Shown here one piece after another: positions 9,059 to 11,233 of a stretch of DNA of 11,233 nucleotides (its first letter is position 1; each line of letters starts with the position of its first letter). The notes beneath the pieces are model-generated. The model was given only the letters and a program-made list of their open reading frames with translations. It ran no database searches and had not been told where the DNA came from. The translations under genes and the position numbers were made by a program. The stretch lies in assembly GCA_000004985.1 (NCBI GenBank), contig GG739005.1. One strand, written 5' to 3'. Origin of the DNA: Naegleria gruberi. Lineage: Eukaryota.

Positions 9059-9543
9059 CGTGCATTATCACACCTCTATCATCATCTAATCAATCAATTA
9101 ATAATAATAATAATAATATTACGGAAAATAATTTAGTGTCATTGTTAGGAAAAACAACAACAACAAAATCATCATCATTAGACAATCAACAAAATTTAGA
9201 ATCATCCACTCGTATTCTTCTGATGACGGAAAGTTCTTCTATCATCATTACTTACAATAATATTAATTACTCCATCACTACCAATTCTTCATCATCAGAC
9301 GCAATTCCATGCTACTACAATGATGCCAATTCCTTCTTCTTTGGCATGACATTCTCCCTCCCGAAAGAACATGCTCAGCTCGAACTCATCCTCGGAGGAG
9401 TAATGATTCCCTTCATCATTCTCGTTGTTGGTTGTTTGTGTTGTTTACCTCTGTCCATGTCATGGATTTGTATGAAGGAGGATATTATGGAGAGGAAGCA
9501 GAAGGTAGATTTTCATAAATTGGACTCTACTTGGGATGAATAA
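9059..9543 (+). CDS. C-terminal coding segment of the NHL/EGF gene (frame 1): a Ser/Thr/Asn-rich stalk, a single transmembrane helix and a ~30-aa cytoplasmic tail, ending at stop TAA 9541-9543.
   Basis: Frame 1 is open from the end of the N-run: CIITPLSSSNQSINNNNNNITENNLVSLLGKTTTTKSSSLDNQQNLESS...SSSSDAIPCYYNDANSFFFGMTFSLPKEHAQLE-LILGGVMIPFIILVVGCLCCL-PLSMSWICMKEDIMERKQKVDFHKLDSTWDE*. The ORF track's GTG start at 9136 is an artefact of its bacterial-style start rules. Frame 2 after the gap gives only 26 low-complexity codons. Continuity with the upstream exons across the N-run cannot be proven. Confidence 0.62.
9099..9118 (+). repeat. Coding (TAA/AAT)n microsatellite encoding poly-Asn in the stalk. 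A nearby (ACA)n at about 9154..9166 encodes TTTT.
   Basis: TAATAATAATAATAATAATA is read directly in the sequence. In frame 1 it encodes NNNNNN. Confidence 0.8.
9382..9444 (+). other. Predicted transmembrane helix of the receptor-like protein, with a juxtamembrane Cys cluster (GCLCCL).
   Basis: LILGGVMIPFIILVVGCLCCL is 21 hydrophobic residues, preceded by a glycosylatable S/T stalk and followed by a charged segment (KEDIMERKQK). Confidence 0.6.
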
Positions 9544-9544
9544 A
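9539..9544 (+). terminator. Candidate polyadenylation hexamer AATAAA overlapping the TAA stop of the receptor-like gene, followed by a T-run at about 9594..9601.
   Basis: GATGAATAAAGATG: the stop TAA at 9541-9543 lies inside AATAAA. TTTTTTTT follows about 50 nt downstream. Confidence 0.4.
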
Positions 9545-10093
9545 GATGATGAAGTAATTCCTTCTTCACCCACAATATTTTGCTTGGTGCATATTTTTTT
9601 TAACAACAATTTGTAACGGTAACTTTTACTGGAAAGAAAATTGCTTTGTTAGAAAAGTCATTTTGTGTTGGTTTCTCTCAGATCACTTTTCTATTCAAAA
9701 TTGTACTTTGTATCTGAACTATTCCATTACAACATGATCACTTCAATTTTTGAAACCTTCATTTCAAATTACTATAAATACTTGTCTCGAGAGCAAGATT
9801 TTTCAAACAAGCGTCTCTTGTGCAAAAAAAACGAAAGAAACGAACAGCAATACATGTCTTCGAGAAAGAATAAAGGCATTGTATTGGGCCCCTTGATAGG
9901 ATCATTATTTAGTTGTTCTCTCCAAATTGTTTTACAACTCTGCCAACATTAGTTGCGTACCAAGATCTGTCAAGGGGCATTCGAAACTTGAAAAATAAAG
10001 CGTTTTTTAAGCTCATCTCATTTTCTATCATTTTCATCATCGCACCGAAAGCACCTTTAGTTTACAAAAACTCTTGTGAACTCATCAAAAAAA

Positions 10094-10282
10094 ATGGCTA
10101 AATTCACAATCTTCTCTCTCGCCCTTTTATTCATCCTCCTTCAGCTCACCCACAACATCCTCGCCAAACGTCAAGTCCTCTACTGGATGGGTCTCGAACG
10201 CACCCACGAAAATATCACTCACGATTTGAATGATATTTTGGAGAGAGCAAGGGAAGGCGAATTTACACAAATTTCCTATGAA
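10094..10282 (+). CDS. Exon 1 of a secreted GH18-family glycosidase (di-N-acetylchitobiase-like): signal peptide plus the N-terminus of the mature protein.
   Basis: ATG 10094 sits in context AAAAAAAATGG. It encodes MAKFTIFSLALLFILLQLTHNILA|KRQVLYWMGLERTHENITHDLNDILERAREGEFTQISYE. The exon ends at the donor GAA|GTAAGT at 10282/10283. The ORF track's GTG at 10076 is not the biological start. Confidence 0.78.
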
Positions 10283-10343
10283 GTAAGTTGTGTGGAAAAT
10301 TGATGGAGAATTGATGGAATTGATAATGTGGAATGGTGGATAG
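10283..10343 (+). other. Spliceosomal intron (61 nt, phase 0) of the GH18-like gene.
   Basis: It runs GTAAGTTGTGTGG...GGTGGATAG. There is an in-frame stop just after the donor when unspliced, and TAG at 10341-10343 just before exon 2. Splicing gives ...QISYE|AYNLGEFSSF..., joining the two ORFs at 10076 and 10353 in one frame. Confidence 0.8.
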
Positions 10344-10985
10344 GCTTATAATTTGGGAGAATTTTCATCGTTTGTGGATAATCACTTTAGTAATGTGTTG
10401 CCATTACTAAAAAAGGCTAATTTGCAAACTTTTCCAATGATAACTACTGTTAATATTCCGTATTTGCAAGAATTGTTGAATAATGAGACGACTATGGATA
10501 GATTTATTATTCAAGCTGTCGAAAATCAAAAGAATATAGACACAACTGGATATAATATTGATTTTGAACCTATTCGAAATGATATTACAACTCAACTAGC
10601 TCCAAATTTTGTAAAATTCTTGAATAGATTTGCGGATTCTCTTCATCTTGTTGGAAAGAAACTTACTGTTTGCATTGCTTCTTGGAGTTTCTTCTGGGAT
10701 TGGAATTTATTATCAGAAAGTCGAGTTGACAAGATTATTACCATGGACACCTATGCTGCTCGTGCAGAACAATTCGATTCTGCATTTAAAAAGGCAGTTA
10801 CAACAATTCCTATTAGAAAGTTAGGTTTAGGGTTAATGATTGATTCGAGAGTAAACCAAACTGAACTAGGAAGAAGAATTTCAATGATTGAAAATTCTGG
10901 AATTGATGAAATTGATGTTTGGCAATATCAAGACGTGCCTGAGTTTTGGTTTAATGAATTGGAAAAATTCGTCAAGAATAATTGA
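10344..10985 (+). CDS. Exon 2 of the GH18-like glycosidase: the catalytic TIM-barrel core carrying TGYNIDFE, ending at stop TGA 10983-10985.
   Basis: The motif T-G-Y-N-I-D-F-E at 10545..10568 corresponds to the GH18 D-x-x-D-x-D-x-E signature. As I remember it, human CTBS has the DGINIDIE form. Further co-linear similarity to chitobiase includes LTVCIASWS (compare VTFDVAWSP), DKIITMDTY (compare DFLFVMSYD), IRKLGLGLMIDS (compare KKLVMGVPWYG) and the C-terminal SGIDEIDVWQY...EFWFNEL (compare RGIGMWNANCLDY...EEMWEVL). Confidence 0.82.
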   Translation, partial: AYNLGEFSSFVDNHFSNVLPLLKKANLQTFPMITTVNIPYLQELLNNETTMDRFIIQAVENQKNIDTTGYNIDFEPIRNDITTQLAPNFVKFLNRFADSLHLVGKKLTVCIASWSFFWDWNLLSESRVDKIITMDTYAARAEQFDSAFKKAVTTIPIRKLGLGLMIDSRVNQTELGRRISMIENSGIDEIDVWQYQDVPEFWFNELEKFVKNN

Positions 10986-11017
10986 GTTTCTAATTTGGAT
11001 TTTTGAATGAAATTGAA

Positions 11018-11023
11018 AATAAA
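11018..11023 (+). terminator. Candidate poly(A) signal AATAAA, 33 nt after the GH18-like gene's stop. A second AATAAA sits at 11050..11055.
   Basis: GAAAATAAATC and GCAATAAAAC are read in the short 83-nt intergenic spacer. Confidence 0.4.
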
Positions 11024-11068
11024 TCAAACCTCAACTTTTACGGAGATGCAATAAAACAATTATAAAAA

Positions 11069-11233
11069 ATGGATCCAACACGTTTCTCTTTGAGTTTGAT
11101 TGTTGTGTTGATTCTTTTCAACACCTTTCATTTATCAAACTGTCAAACATCAACACTTTCGAATAATTCTAAACAAGAGTCTTGCTGCTTGCCTCCAAAT
11201 TTCAATTACAAATACAGCTACATGCAAACAGTT
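11069..11233 (+). CDS. The 5' end of a gene for a secreted Cys-containing protein. It is incomplete and runs off the window end.
   Basis: ATG 11069 sits in context TATAAAAAATGG. It encodes MDPTRFSLSLIVVLILFNTFHLSNC|QTSTLSNNSKQESCCLPPNFNYKYSYMQTV..., an N-terminal hydrophobic signal peptide, and stays open to the last base. It is absent from the ORF track only because it has no stop inside the window. Confidence 0.5.
   Translation, partial: MDPTRFSLSLIVVLILFNTFHLSNCQTSTLSNNSKQESCCLPPNFNYKYSYMQTV

Noticed and set aside
9136-9543. ORF-track model of a separate 135-aa gene starting at 9136
   Set aside because: The start is a GTG called by bacterial rules. The same frame is open all the way back to the N-run and encodes stalk-like sequence, so it is the C-terminus of the large gene, not an independent gene.
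9665-10101. Small + strand ORFs 9665..9952 and 9913..10101 in the spacer before the GH18-like gene
   Set aside because: They have TTG or GTG pseudo-starts and no signal, domain or repeat content. They overlap each other and the likely promoter and 5'UTR of the 10094 gene. TATAAATA at about 9773 is too far (about 320 nt) from the ATG to call a TATA box with any confidence.
10407-10824. ORFs 10407..10595 (minus strand) and 10630..10824 (+ strand, alternative frame)
   Set aside because: They are embedded in or antisense to the GH18-like exon 2, whose frame shows co-linear family similarity.
1-11233. Prokaryotic interpretation (operon, defence island or CRISPR), tRNA or rRNA genes, and transposon ends
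   Set aside because: Introns that restore conserved motifs, signal peptides and AATAAA signals show this is eukaryotic. No direct-repeat/spacer periodicity, no tRNA-like GTTCGAATC T-arm with a matching acceptor stem, and no terminal inverted repeats or transposase or integrase-like ORFs were seen in the readable half.

Overview
This window is eukaryotic nuclear DNA, not prokaryotic. It contains short AT-rich spliceosomal introns (GTATGT...TAG and GTAAGT...TAG), A-run start contexts (AAAAAAATGG) and AATAAA hexamers after stop codons. Codon usage is moderately AT-rich (roughly 35-38% GC). Together with the amino-acid homopolymer and microsatellite tracts inside coding sequence, this suggests an amoebozoan or dictyostelid-like genome; this organism guess is low confidence. 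Two N-runs (2026..3115 and 4693..9058) make up 5456 of the 11233 nt, so about half the window cannot be read.

Four genes, all on the + strand:
1. 106..1290: an unrecognised 394-aa protein.
2. 1427..9543: one very large two-or-more-exon gene. It starts with a signal peptide or anchor, then an NHL-repeat beta-propeller (interrupted by N-run 1). A confirmed 48-nt intron follows. Next comes an array of tenascin-type EGF modules that includes a near-identical 219-bp tandem duplication and runs into N-run 2. The gene ends with a Ser/Thr/Asn-rich stalk, one transmembrane helix and a short tail. This is the most interesting object in the window: a receptor-like NHL + EGF-array surface protein.
3. 10094..10282 and 10344..10985, separated by a 61-nt intron: a secreted GH18, di-N-acetylchitobiase-like glycosidase with a TGYNIDFE catalytic signature.
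4. 11069..window end: the 5' end of a secreted protein.

There are no rRNA, tRNA, CRISPR or transposon signatures. All minus-strand ORFs in the track are antisense, repeat or N-run artefacts.
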